Part shown: positions 34,295-43,815 of the stretch, piece by piece
How the letters are laid out: the number at the start of each line of letters is the position of its first letter
How positions within the stretch are numbered: position 1 is the first letter of the stretch
Source: an uncultured Trueperaceae bacterium
Lineage (GTDB): Bacteria; Deinococcota; Deinococci; Deinococcales; Trueperaceae
Assembly (NCBI GenBank): GCA_963727505.1
Contig: CAVSGP010000002.1
Coordinates: forward strand, 128,001 to 192,000
Reading direction: 5' to 3'
Length of the DNA: 64,000 bases
Program-made: the position numbers and the translations under genes
Notes under the pieces: generated by a model
Seen by the model: only the letters and a program-made list of their open reading frames with translations
Told to the model about the DNA's origin: nothing
Databases searched by the model: none

Positions 34295-35257
34295 TCAGGC
34301 CTCGGGCGGATCCTCGAAGAGCTCGGTGCTGATGTAGCGGGCGGCGGTGTCGGCAGCGAGTGTGAGCACCACCTTGCCCGGCCCCAGCTCGCGGGCGACC
34401 TGCAGCGCGGCCGTGACGGCGGCGCCCGAGGACATGCCCACGAAGACCCCCTCCTCACGCGCCAGACGACGTGCCAGCGGGAAGGCGTCCTCCTCGTAGA
34501 TCATCTTGCACTCGTCGAGCAGCGCCAGGTCCAGGTTCTTGGGCAGGAACCCCGGCCCCATCCCCTGGAACTTGTGCGGGCCGCGCTCGAAGCCGTTGAT
34601 GACTGCGCTCCGGGCCGGTTCGACCCCCACCAGCCGCAGGCTCGGCTTCTGCTCCTTGAAGTAGCGACCGATACCGGAGATCGAGCCGCCGGTGCCGCTG
34701 CCCCACACGAAGGCATCGACGCGCCCCTGCATCTGGCGCCACAGTTCCGGCCCCGTCACGCGGTGATGCACGCGCGGGTTGGCGGGGTTCTCGAACTGGT
34801 TGGGCATGTACGCACCCGTCTCCTCCACGATCGCCTGCGCGCGTGGGATGGCCCCCTGCATGCGCAGCTCGCCCGGCGTGAACTCGAGCTCGGCGCCGTA
34901 GGCGCGCAGCGTCTTGACCCGCTCCTGGCTCATGCTGTCGGGCAGCACGATGATGCACCGGTAGCCCCGCACCGCCGCCAGGAACGCCAGCCCGATGCCG
35001 GTATTGCCGCTGGTAGGCTCCACGATGCGCTGGCCGGAGCCCGGCGTCAGGATGCCCCGTTCCTCGGCGTCCTCGATCAGGCCCAGCGCGGTGCGGTCCT
35101 TGATGCTGCCGGCGGGATTCGCCCCCTCCAGCTTGACCCACACCTCGGCCATGTCCGGCTCGACCACGCTCTGTAACTTGATCACCGGTGTGTTGCCGAT
35201 GAGCGCGTCCATCCGTCGGGGTGCGGGCATGTCGGGATCCTGAGCGCGCCGGGCCAT
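34295..35257 (-). CDS. cysK: Cysteine synthase (PLP-dependent)
   Basis: IGNTP, NPAGSIKDR, EPTSGNTG, NQFENPAN, GSGTGG, G.SSGA. Confidence 0.9.
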   Translation of the reverse strand: MARRAQDPDMPAPRRMDALIGNTPVIKLQSVVEPDMAEVWVKLEGANPAGSIKDRTALGLIEDAEERGILTPGSGQRIVEPTSGNTGIGLAFLAAVRGYRCIIVLPDSMSQERVKTLRAYGAELEFTPGELRMQGAIPRAQAIVEETGAYMPNQFENPANPRVHHRVTGPELWRQMQGRVDAFVWGSGTGGSISGIGRYFKEQKPSLRLVGVEPARSAVINGFERGPHKFQGMGPGFLPKNLDLALLDECKMIYEEDAFPLARRLAREEGVFVGMSSGAAVTAALQVARELGPGKVVLTLAADTAARYISTELFEDPPEA

Positions 35258-35316
35258 GCCCGAGTCTACGTGCGCCCGGGGCGGGACGATGTTGCGGCTT
35301 TTGCTATCGTGGAAGT

Positions 35317-35622
35317 GTGAGCGAAACCGCCCTGGTGAGCTTCTTTCGCGACCTCCGACGCGCGGTCGCGCGGGGCAACGAGGGCCTCGAGGCGCAACCC
35401 TACCGACACGGCACCTTCCTGGTCGACGCCTGCGCCGGCGACGTCGAGTTCACGGTCAGCGACGTGACCGAAGAGGACGCGGTGCTCATCGCTGCCGAGC
35501 TCGGCGAGCTCGGCGTACGCGCCGTCATCCGCGGCAGTCGCATCTGTCCGCACTGCGGTGCGCGCGTGCCCGACCAGGCCTCCTGCATCCGCTGCCGGCA
35601 GCCGCTGGACGCCGCCGCCTGA
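35317..35622 (+). CDS. Small hypothetical protein with C-terminal zinc ribbon
   Basis: Leaderless TATCGT-6-GTG; CPHC...CIRC. Confidence 0.7.
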   Translation: MSETALVSFFRDLRRAVARGNEGLEAQPYRHGTFLVDACAGDVEFTVSDVTEEDAVLIAAELGELGVRAVIRGSRICPHCGARVPDQASCIRCRQPLDAAA

Positions 35623-35668
35623 GCGAGCGGCCCGAACGAGCCCCGCGAACGAGTCCCGCACGGGCCGT

Positions 35669-36562
35669 TCAGGCCGCCTCCCGCACCGCCGCCAGCGGCC
35701 GACGCTCGGCGTCGGTCAAGCCCGTCAGTCTCTCGCTCAACGCCCAGAGCTGCTCCGTGGTCTCGGTGTCGCGCGCCGGCGCCTTGGGTCGGATCGGTCT
35801 GCGATCGGCGTAGTACGCGCCCGACACCTGCGCGACCTCCGGGGAGGTCGCCAGGAAGAGACCGGTCTCCGCTCCCTTCTCCGGGGTGCGCGCGAAGAGG
35901 CGTGCGGCCAGGCGCAACAGCTTGTTCATCAACCTGCCGCCGCTACCGAACCCGGTGTCGACGAAGCCAGGGTGGAAGGCGTTGGCGGTCACGGGGGTGG
36001 GTTCGAGCCGCCGGGCGAGCGCAGTCGTGAACGCCAGGTTGGCGAGCTTCGACTGGCCGTACGCTGCCCAGCCGCTGTAGCCGCGCTCCAACATGGGATC
36101 GTCCAGGCGCAGGCGGGCGGCCCGCGCCGCCTCCGAGGCGGTGGTCACGACCCGTGCCGCGTCGGAGCGCAGCAGCGCCTCCGCCAGCAGGTGGGTCAGC
36201 AGGAACGGCGCCAGGTGGTTGAGCGCGAAGGTCGCCTCGTAGCCGTCGACCGTGGTACGGCGGCGCGAGAAGTAGGCACCGGCGTTGTTGAGCAGCAGGT
36301 CGACGCGGTCGGTGCGTTCCCGCACCTGGGCGGCCGCGTCGCGCACATCGGCCAGCGAAGAGAGGTCGGCGGGGAGGAAGTGGACGGCGTCGTTGCCGGT
36401 CGCGGCACGCAGGTTCTCGACGACCTGGCTCCCGCTTCCGCCGGCCCGTGAGACCGCCAGTACGCTGGCGCCGCGGGCGGCCAACCCCCGCGCCATCTCG
36501 AACCCGATGCCGGAGCTGGCCCCCGTCACCACCGCCACCCGCCCTGCGAGATCCGTTTCCAT
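35669..36562 (-). CDS. Short-chain dehydrogenase/reductase (retinol-DH-like)
   Basis: TGASSGIG, NNAG, NHLAPFLLT, YGQSK, HPG. Confidence 0.93.
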   Translation of the reverse strand: METDLAGRVAVVTGASSGIGFEMARGLAARGASVLAVSRAGGSGSQVVENLRAATGNDAVHFLPADLSSLADVRDAAAQVRERTDRVDLLLNNAGAYFSRRRTTVDGYEATFALNHLAPFLLTHLLAEALLRSDAARVVTTASEAARAARLRLDDPMLERGYSGWAAYGQSKLANLAFTTALARRLEPTPVTANAFHPGFVDTGFGSGGRLMNKLLRLAARLFARTPEKGAETGLFLATSPEVAQVSGAYYADRRPIRPKAPARDTETTEQLWALSERLTGLTDAERRPLAAVREAA

Positions 36563-36635
36563 GCCCCATGCTAGCGGCGGCGCCCCTTCCGTTCGGTAAG
36601 ATGCGCCCCCGACCCTCGCACGCGCCGGTGCGCGC

Positions 36636-37241
36636 TCACCCCAGCAGCCGGCCCAGACCCACCGCCACCTGGTAGACCGCGAAGCCTGCCAGCGCTACCA
36701 CCGACGCCCCCATCAGCACGCGTCGCAGCCCCTCGCCCATACGCGCAGCGGAGCCGAACACCACAATCAACGCCGCGGTCGCCGCCAGCATGACCCCGTA
36801 GAAGGCGATCATGAACGCCAGGGCGTGCGGAGGCGCCTCGTGCCATGCGGCGATCACGATGGGCGCGCCGACCAGCCCCCAGAACAACCACGGGTTGGGG
36901 TTGAGCAAGTTGGTGATCGCGCCCTTCACCACACCGCCGTAGGCCGCCCCATCGGCGAACGTCCCCGCGATCAGGGCGCGCAGGGCGCCGTATGCAAGGT
37001 AGGCGACGAACAGGCCGCCCGCCACCCGCATGCCCTCCACCAGCGCCGGCGGGAATCGACTCACCACCAGGAACACCAGCACCAGCACCGGACCGTCGGA
37101 GAGCAGCGGCGCCAGGGCCACCGGCAACGTCCGGCGCCACCCGCGCCGAACCGACTCCGACACCACGAAGGCCTGGAACGGTCCAGGAAGCATCGCCGCC
37201 GACAGACCCAGCACCGCCCCCTGGAGGAGCGACGTCGTCAA
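36636..37241 (-). CDS. LysE family exporter
   Basis: PGP near the N-terminus, TNLLNP, about 6 TM; TTGA overlap with the upstream gene. Confidence 0.85.
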   Translation of the reverse strand: MTTSLLQGAVLGLSAAMLPGPFQAFVVSESVRRGWRRTLPVALAPLLSDGPVLVLVFLVVSRFPPALVEGMRVAGGLFVAYLAYGALRALIAGTFADGAAYGGVVKGAITNLLNPNPWLFWGLVGAPIVIAAWHEAPPHALAFMIAFYGVMLAATAALIVVFGSAARMGEGLRRVLMGASVVALAGFAVYQVAVGLGRLLG

Positions 37242-38359
37242 ACCGCTTCGCCGGCCGGGCCGTGCTCCGCGCGGCGCACCGTCAACTGCTCGACCAGGTC
37301 GCGCTTGAGCGTCACGCCCAGGCCGGGGCCGGCCGGGATCGTCTGGACGCCCGCCTCTGCCTCCAGCAGCGGATCGACGATGTCTTCGTCCCAGTAGCGG
37401 CTTGCGCTCGAGGTGTCCCCGGGCAACGTGAAGGCCTCATGCGTCGTGAGGTGCAGGTTATGGGCACGACCGATGCCGAGCTCGAGCATGCCCCCGCACC
37501 AGACGGGGGCGCCGAACGCCAACGCCACGTCGCTGACGCGGCGCGCGCCGAGATGCCCACGCACGCGTCCGAGCTTCACGTTGATGACGCGGCCGGCGTC
37601 CGACTCCAGCGCTTTGCGGGCGTCCTGCGGCGAGTGCACCGACTCGTCCAGGCACAGGGGCGTCGCCAGCATGGCTTGCAACCTGGCGTGATCGGCGAGG
37701 TCGTCGTGCGCCAGCGGCTGCTCGATGTAATCGAGGCCGAGCTCGTCGAGCTGGTAGAACACGCGCGCGTCGGTCAGGCGGTAGGCGCTGTTGGCGTCGA
37801 CGCTCAGCGGCATGTCTGGAAGCGCCTCGCGCACCGCCCGCAGCGGCGCGACGTCCCAGCCCGGCTTGATCTTGAACTTCAACCGTTGGTAGCCCTGCGC
37901 GGCATGGCGCTCGGCCTGCTCGACGGTGGCAGCGACGCTGCCCTGGATGCCGATCGAGGCCCCCACGGCGATCTTCCGCGCGACGCCGCCCAGCAGCGCC
38001 CACAAGGGCATGCCGGCGGCCTTCGCCTGGAGATCCCAGAACGCCATCTCGAGGGCGGCCACCGCCATGTTGTGCCCGCGAATGCCGTCGAGCGCTGCCA
38101 GCAGCTCTGCCGGCGTCGCGAACGAGCGACCCACCACCCGGGGGAGGATGTAGTGCTCGAGCGCGATCCAGGCCGTATCCGCGGTCTCGTAGCTGTAGCC
38201 GGGAACGTTGCCGGCGGTGACCTCGCCGTAGCCCTCCAAGCCGTCGGCGTAAGCGGTGAGGATGATCTTGCGCAATTCCTGCTCGACACCGAAGCTCGTC
38301 TCGAACCGGAACTTCAGGCGCACGGACAGCTCGCGGAGCTCGACCCGCTCGATCTTCAT
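37238..38359 (-). CDS. menC: o-succinylbenzoate synthase / N-acylamino acid racemase (enolase superfamily)
   Basis: FETSFG, KFKIKPG (KxK), VDAN, IEQP, LDES, NVK.GRV, WCGGMLE, PGD; GGAGGT RBS. Confidence 0.85.
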   Translation of the reverse strand: MKIERVELRELSVRLKFRFETSFGVEQELRKIILTAYADGLEGYGEVTAGNVPGYSYETADTAWIALEHYILPRVVGRSFATPAELLAALDGIRGHNMAVAALEMAFWDLQAKAAGMPLWALLGGVARKIAVGASIGIQGSVAATVEQAERHAAQGYQRLKFKIKPGWDVAPLRAVREALPDMPLSVDANSAYRLTDARVFYQLDELGLDYIEQPLAHDDLADHARLQAMLATPLCLDESVHSPQDARKALESDAGRVINVKLGRVRGHLGARRVSDVALAFGAPVWCGGMLELGIGRAHNLHLTTHEAFTLPGDTSSASRYWDEDIVDPLLEAEAGVQTIPAGPGLGVTLKRDLVEQLTVRRAEHGPAGEAV

Positions 38360-38442
38360 GCTGACCTCCAGGCTGCCCAATATACCGTTGACGTGGGGCG
38401 CGACGCCCAGGCGAACGCCGAGGGCGCCCTCACCGGACGGGC

Positions 38443-40110
38443 TCAGAACTCGTCGGGGAACTCCAAGCGTGGGCGCGCTTTCTCGTCCTCTTCGGCCGTC
38501 GACCCGGCGCCATCGGAGCGGTCGGAGCGTTCTGCGCCGCGACGCTGGCCGGCGGTCTCGTCGACCCGATCCTGGCGCGCTGGCTCCTTGCGCGCAGGCT
38601 CCTGGCGCGCAGGCGCGCCCTCGGACTGCGCCCCCTCGCCTCGCTCCCGGCGGGGGCGCTGCTCGCCCGTACGCTGCTCGCCCGTGCGCTGCTCGCCCGT
38701 GCGCTGCTCGGCCGTACGCTGCTCGCCCGTGCGCTCCACTGCGGCGCGCTGCTCGGCCACTCGCTGCTCGGCCGCCCGGGCCTTCGCCGCCCGAACCTCG
38801 GCCGCCCGAACCTCAGCCGCCCGAACCTCAGCCGCCCGAACCTCAGCCGCCCGCTGCACCTCACGGCGTTCCTGTTGCCGGCGCTCGGACTCCCGCCGCT
38901 CGGCTTCCCTACGCTCCGTCTCCGCACGCTCTGCGTCCCGACGCGCTTGCTCACGGAGCGCCTGCTCGCGACGTTCGCTCTCGCGACGCTCCTGTTCGCG
39001 CAGCTCGGCTTCGTGCTGGCGCGCATCGCGCTGCTGCGCTTCCCAGGGCTGCATCTCCCGACGTGTCCGGTCCACGGGAGCGGAGGAACGGCCCTCGCTG
39101 CGCGTCTCGGCTGGCCTTGCGTCAGGGGCCTCGTCAGGGGCCTCGGCAGGGGTCTCAGAAGGGGACGACACCGGCGTTCGCGGGCGCCGGGGCGGCCACG
39201 TCACAACGGTCTCCCCGGGCGTCCCGGGCGTCCCGGCCGAGCTACCGCCCGGTCCGGCGCGCGGCGTGCGGCGCGCCCCACGGCTTGTCTCACGTTCCGA
39301 AGCCGCGGCGCCGTAGGGCTCTTGCACGTCGGCTGCGCCAGGGCGAGACGAGCGCGGTCGGGCCGACTCGGGCCGTGGCTCGAAGCGCACGTCGCTCTCC
39401 AACTCCGCTTCCGGATACCGAGCCTCGAGGGCGCGCCGGGCGGCCGCGGGCCGCTGGCTCGAGCCGCGCACCCGGGGCCGCCTCGCGGCCTCCCGGCGGC
39501 GCAGGCCGCGCTCGGTCAGACCCCGCGAGGGCTCCACCTTCTGGTCCAGCGGGAGGACACGGAAGCGGGCGTTCCAGGGCTCCCAACGAAGCCTGGCGCG
39601 CACCCGGAACGTCTTGGGAGGCATGTCGGGCACGTAGACGAACAGCTCCAGCGTACCCTCGTCGCCGCCGGCCTCCCGCAGCTCGGCGCTCACCTCGACC
39701 GCACCGTGCGGGGGCAGCACCGCCGGCACCTCGGCCGTCGTCGGCGCGGGAGAGCCGTTGGTGCGCACTGCCAGCTCCAGGAGCTGCACCGGCACGGCAC
39801 TCAGGTTGCTCACGGTCATCGACAGCTCGAAGGCGCCTGCCTTGGGCGCGCGCAACGACGACGACACCTTGCCAGGTGCGTCGATGAAGCGCAGCTCACC
39901 GTGGGAGATCAGTAGCTCGGGGCGGCGCGCCGCGGCGGGGCGGCGCGGCCGGAGGATCAGGGTTAGCAGGATCAACATCACCAGCGCAGCCAGCACCCAC
40001 GTGAACGGGACCCACGTGGAAGGGTCCGGCGACAGCGTCGACCACCAGCGACGCAGCGACTCCGCCGTCGACTGGACCTGGCTCGCCATCATGGTGAACA
40101 AGCGTCTCAT
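38443..40110 (-). CDS. Hypothetical membrane-anchored protein with beta-rich domain and repetitive charged tail
   Basis: One N-terminal TM, a globular region, then an R/E/A-rich low-complexity tail ending LEFPDEF. Start uncertain (40089-40122). Confidence 0.7.
   Translation of the reverse strand: MRRLFTMMASQVQSTAESLRRWWSTLSPDPSTWVPFTWVLAALVMLILLTLILRPRRPAAARRPELLISHGELRFIDAPGKVSSSLRAPKAGAFELSMTVSNLSAVPVQLLELAVRTNGSPAPTTAEVPAVLPPHGAVEVSAELREAGGDEGTLELFVYVPDMPPKTFRVRARLRWEPWNARFRVLPLDQKVEPSRGLTERGLRRREAARRPRVRGSSQRPAAARRALEARYPEAELESDVRFEPRPESARPRSSRPGAADVQEPYGAAASERETSRGARRTPRAGPGGSSAGTPGTPGETVVTWPPRRPRTPVSSPSETPAEAPDEAPDARPAETRSEGRSSAPVDRTRREMQPWEAQQRDARQHEAELREQERRESERREQALREQARRDAERAETERREAERRESERRQQERREVQRAAEVRAAEVRAAEVRAAEVRAAKARAAEQRVAEQRAAVERTGEQRTAEQRTGEQRTGEQRTGEQRPRRERGEGAQSEGAPARQEPARKEPARQDRVDETAGQRRGAERSDRSDGAGSTAEEDEKARPRLEFPDEF
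38657..38845. repeat. Two 15-bp coding tandem arrays
   Basis: CGCTGCTCG(C/G)CCGT(A/G) x5 (38657-38731, GEQRT) and GCCGCCCGAACCTC(A/G) x4 (38786-38845, AEVRA). Confidence 0.9.
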
Positions 40111-40190
40111 GCGACCGGCCAATCCCGGCCCCCGTCGGGGACCGCCGCATCTAGCTTAGCGGTTCCCGAACCCCGACTCATGTGCCCTGC

Positions 40191-40859
40191 CTAGGGCTCG
40201 AACACCGACCAGCCCAGGTCCGACGCAGTGCGCCGCAGCACCCGGTCGGGGTAGACGGCCACCGGCCGGTCGCTGAGAAGCAGCATCGGCACGTCATCCC
40301 CTGAGTCGCCGTAGGCAGCATAGAGACGCTCGCTGCCTAGCGCCTCGTGCAGCCGGCGCGCCTTGGCATCGCCGACGTTGAGCGGACCGTCCAGACCACC
40401 GGCCAGGCGACCCTCGCGAACGGCGACGGGGCTGCCGATCGCCATGGGAGCGGGCGTCCCCACCTCCTGCGGCAGCCGCCGGGCGAACGCCTCCAGCACC
40501 GGCTGGAACGCTCCCGAGGCCAGCACCAGCCGCTCGCCGGCCGCCTGATGCACGCGCAACGCGGCCACCACCTCGGGCCTCCGCTGCGGCCAGAGCACGT
40601 TCTCCACCACCCACGACGACGCCTCCGCGAAGCTCTCGGCCGCGTCACCACGGAACAGGTTCAGAAGACCCACCATCCAGCGCTCACGCACCACCTCGAC
40701 GGGCAACATCCCGCTCCGCGCCATCAACGCCGAAGGCAGGTTCTGCGCGAACATCCGCCGGTAGGCGCCGCCGCGGCCGTGCGCCACCAGGTACGCACCC
40801 AACGCGCGCCACGTCTGTCCGGTGGTGAGGGTCCCCTCGAGATCGGTAGCAACGGCCAC
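40191..40859 (-). CDS. HAD-IB family hydrolase (SerB-like)
   Basis: DLEGTL, ASG, K, YGDSGDD..ML, AV.PD..L. Start is 40859 or 40889. Confidence 0.85.
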   Translation of the reverse strand: MAVATDLEGTLTTGQTWRALGAYLVAHGRGGAYRRMFAQNLPSALMARSGMLPVEVVRERWMVGLLNLFRGDAAESFAEASSWVVENVLWPQRRPEVVAALRVHQAAGERLVLASGAFQPVLEAFARRLPQEVGTPAPMAIGSPVAVREGRLAGGLDGPLNVGDAKARRLHEALGSERLYAAYGDSGDDVPMLLLSDRPVAVYPDRVLRRTASDLGWSVFEP

Positions 40860-40921
40860 GAACCTCGTTATACCCCGTTCCCACCGCACCTCATCGGCCC
40901 GCCCGCGGCTACAGTGAGGGC

Positions 40922-41608
40922 GTGGACGTTCGCCTCACCAGGGACGGCAGCCGGACGCTGCTTTCGCCGCGCTACCGCGAGACTTACCACTCGCACCACG
41001 GCGCCGCCACCGAGGCCCGCCACGTCTTCCTGGAGGGAAGCGGCGTCGGCCGCAGGCTGGCCGAAGGAAGGCCCACCACCGTGCTCGAGGTCGGGTTCGG
41101 GGCCGGGCTCAACACCCTGCTCACGCTCGCCGAGGCCGATCACTGGGGGACGCCGCTGCGCATCGTCACGCTGGAGCGCGACCCGTTGCCCGTCGCCGTT
41201 CTGCGCGAGCTCGACTATCGTGCATTGCTGCGGCGTCCCGATCTGGCCGATGCGCTGTACGACTGGCTGGCGACGCGGCCGAGCGGCGTGCAGGCGCACG
41301 CGACCCAGATCGCCGCCTGTCGCATCGAGCTGCTCGTGGTCGAGGCGCGGCACGCGGCCCTTCCCGACGGGGTGCATGCCGTGTACCACGATGCGTTCAG
41401 CCCCGACGTCAACCCCGAGCTGTGGGAGCCCGCCTTCCTCGAGCGCCTGTACGGGGCGCTCGAGCCGGAGGGCATGCTGGTGAGCTACACCGTCAAGGGG
41501 ATCGTGCGCCGGCGCCTGGCGGCGCTGGGCTTCGAGGTCGCCAAGGCACCGGGGCCGCCCGGGGGCAAGCGCGAGATGCTCGTCGCCCGCAGGCCGGCAG
41601 CGCCGTGA
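40922..41608 (+). CDS. mnmD: tRNA 5-aminomethyl-2-thiouridine methyltransferase (MnmC methylase domain)
   Basis: DGS.TL, YHS..GA..EARHVF, LEVGFGAGLN, DAFSP..NPELW, KREML. Confidence 0.9.
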   Translation: MDVRLTRDGSRTLLSPRYRETYHSHHGAATEARHVFLEGSGVGRRLAEGRPTTVLEVGFGAGLNTLLTLAEADHWGTPLRIVTLERDPLPVAVLRELDYRALLRRPDLADALYDWLATRPSGVQAHATQIAACRIELLVVEARHAALPDGVHAVYHDAFSPDVNPELWEPAFLERLYGALEPEGMLVSYTVKGIVRRRLAALGFEVAKAPGPPGGKREMLVARRPAAP

Positions 41609-42612
41609 ACGCACGGCCGGTGGCCGTGGTGGGCGCCGGGGTGGCGGGCCTGTCGCTGAGCTACGCTCTCGGCCGCCAGGGCGTGCCGGTGGTGCTCTTC
41701 GAGCGCGGCCGCATCGGTGCTCAGGGCGCCTCGTCGGGTCCCGCCGCGCTGCTCAACCCCTACCGCGGACGCAGCGCCCGCGCGCACGAGGACGACCTCG
41801 CCGGTCTGGCCGCGTTCTGGCGGCGGGACCGCGCGTTGCGCGAGCAGGGGTTGGATCCTGGAGCCGAGCGCACCGGGGTGCTGCGGATCGCACCCGACCC
41901 GCGCCGGGCGCGGGCCTGGCGGCAACGGGAGGGCGCGCGCTGGCTCGAGCCGCAGGACGTCCAGGCACCCTATCGTGCCCCGCACGGCGCACTGCTCGCC
42001 GAGGACGGGGGCTGGCTGCGCCCGCGAGCGCTGCTCGCCGCGCTTCACGAGGCGGCGACGGCGCGCGGCGCCGAGGTGCGCGAGGGAGTGCGGGTGCTAC
42101 GGCTCGAGCCGACGGCCGACGGCATCCGGCTGGTGACCAGCGCCGGCCCGAGCACGGCTGCGCTGGTGGTGCTGTGCGTCGGGGCCGACGCCTCGCCGGA
42201 ACTGCCGCTGCCACCACTGCGCCACGTCGCGGGGGAGGTGGTCGAGGTCGCGACCGACGGCCTGACACCACCGCCCCGACTGCCGCTGGGCGGATCGGTG
42301 TACGCCGCCTTCGAGGGGGGCCGCGGCTACGTCGGCGGCAGCCATCGCGACCCCGAGGTGCCCGACCCGCAGGCACCGCGACGGCTGCTGGAGCGGCTCG
42401 ACAGGACGCTGCCCGGTATCGGTGCCGGCCCCGGGCTGGCGCTCTGGAGCGGCGTCCGCGCCAGCGGCGACACCCCCAGGCCACTGCTGGTCGAGCGCGC
42501 GCCGCGCGTCACCTTCTTCGGCGCGCTGAGCGGGAGAGGGTTCCTGGTCTCGGCGTTCCTGGCCGAGAGGCTCGCACATGAGCTGGTCGCGCGGCTGGCG
42601 CGCGAGGGCTAG
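41605..42612 (+). CDS. FAD-dependent oxidoreductase, MnmC oxidase-like
   Basis: VVGAGVAG, GAS, GGWL.P, G.R, GALSGRG; GTGA overlap with mnmD. Confidence 0.75.
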   Translation: MNARPVAVVGAGVAGLSLSYALGRQGVPVVLFERGRIGAQGASSGPAALLNPYRGRSARAHEDDLAGLAAFWRRDRALREQGLDPGAERTGVLRIAPDPRRARAWRQREGARWLEPQDVQAPYRAPHGALLAEDGGWLRPRALLAALHEAATARGAEVREGVRVLRLEPTADGIRLVTSAGPSTAALVVLCVGADASPELPLPPLRHVAGEVVEVATDGLTPPPRLPLGGSVYAAFEGGRGYVGGSHRDPEVPDPQAPRRLLERLDRTLPGIGAGPGLALWSGVRASGDTPRPLLVERAPRVTFFGALSGRGFLVSAFLAERLAHELVARLAREG

Positions 42613-43007
42613 GCCGGCGCCTCGCTCGCCACGCCGTAGAGTTCGTCCGCGAGGCGGTAGAGCATCGCCTTGGTGAAGACGCGCTTCCCCTCTGCCAGGT
42701 TCTCGCCGTCCGGCGCCAGCGTCAGCTTGCGATAGGCGTGGGACTCGTAGGGGTGGAGCACGACTTCCTTGAACACGGCCTTGCGCGGGCTGGCGTTCAC
42801 CAGCACCACCGGCTTGCTCCCCTCGTCGGACAGGCTCGCCGACATCACCGTGGTCGGGAGGTCGTAGGGACGCTCCATACGGTAGATGTAGTCGGTGAAG
42901 TCGGCTTCCTTCTCGAAGCGAGCGCCGGGGCGCTCCGCGGCGTAGTCCCTCATCCACTGGAGCAGGCTCGCCCACGCCCGGTAGAATGCGCGGTCCTTCT
43001 CGTCCAT
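42609..43007 (-). CDS. nqo15: NADH-quinone oxidoreductase subunit 15 (frataxin-like)
   Basis: AW..LL.WMR.YA, RFEKEADF.D.IYRMERPYDLPTT.M.ASLSD match Thermus Nqo15 as I recall it. Confidence 0.92.
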   Translation of the reverse strand: MDEKDRAFYRAWASLLQWMRDYAAERPGARFEKEADFTDYIYRMERPYDLPTTVMSASLSDEGSKPVVLVNASPRKAVFKEVVLHPYESHAYRKLTLAPDGENLAEGKRVFTKAMLYRLADELYGVASEAPA

Positions 43008-43074
43008 GGCTCCAGTCTACGGCAACCGGCCCCCGCGGATGCGGGGCGCCTGCGCACGCGGTCCCGCGCTCGCT

Positions 43075-43749
43075 CTAGAGCCCGAAGCGCTCCTCGAGCA
43101 GGGCGCCGAGCGCTTGCGGGTCGCCGGCGGCCGGAACGCCCAGCCGCACGCCCTCCTCGGCAGGGCCCATCAACACCGCCCGCATCCCGTAGGCGAGCGC
43201 CCCTTCCACGTCGGCGGAGGCCGAGTCGCCGATCATGACCGTCTCGCTCGGCAGCGCTTCGAGGCCGGTGCAGGCTAGGGAGAAGATGCGCGCGGCGGGC
43301 TTGCGCCTGCCGACGTCGGGATCGCCCGAGACCAGCACGCTGCGGAAGAAGCCTTCGAAGCCCAGGCCGGCGAGCGCCGCACGCTGCATGTCGACAGCAC
43401 CGTTGCTGACGAGCGCCATCGGCACGCCGCGGTGCCGCAGCCGCGCCAGCAGCGCAGCCGCTCCCGGCGTAGGGCGCACGTCCTCGGCGTAGGCGCGAAG
43501 GGCCGTGCGCGTCAACTCCTGCAGGTCGCCGGGCGCACGTTGCTCGAGCCGGACCAGCGCTCGCCGGAGGGCGCTCTCCAACGTGAGCGGACCGTCGCGC
43601 GAGAGCTCGTCGGTCACGACCTCCGCGAAGCGGTTCAGGTCGCAGCTGTGGAGCAGGAGCTCGTGGCGAAGGAGCGCCAGGAAGGAGCGGAAGTCCCCGG
43701 CGTAGGCCGCCAGGGTGCCGTCGAGGTCGAAGCAGAGCGCCCGGATCAC
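43075..43749 (-). CDS. HAD-IA family hydrolase
   Basis: FDLDGTL, VSNG, KP..RIF, MIGDS..ADV.GA..GM. Confidence 0.9.
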   Translation of the reverse strand: MIRALCFDLDGTLAAYAGDFRSFLALLRHELLLHSCDLNRFAEVVTDELSRDGPLTLESALRRALVRLEQRAPGDLQELTRTALRAYAEDVRPTPGAAALLARLRHRGVPMALVSNGAVDMQRAALAGLGFEGFFRSVLVSGDPDVGRRKPAARIFSLACTGLEALPSETVMIGDSASADVEGALAYGMRAVLMGPAEEGVRLGVPAAGDPQALGALLEERFGL

Positions 43750-43815
43750 GGCCTCAGCCTACCCATTCCGCCCCGCGGACGGTGCCCATCCGGGCGCACG
43801 GTAAGATGACCCGTT

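Noticed and set aside
38657..38845. Regular repeats as a possible CRISPR array (also 57632-57693)
   Set aside because: Units are contiguous, 15-16 bp, with no spacers and no cas genes.
40191..40859. DLEGT instead of DxDGT as an inactive HAD
   Set aside because: The nucleophilic Asp and motif IV are intact; DxE variants occur in active HAD enzymes.
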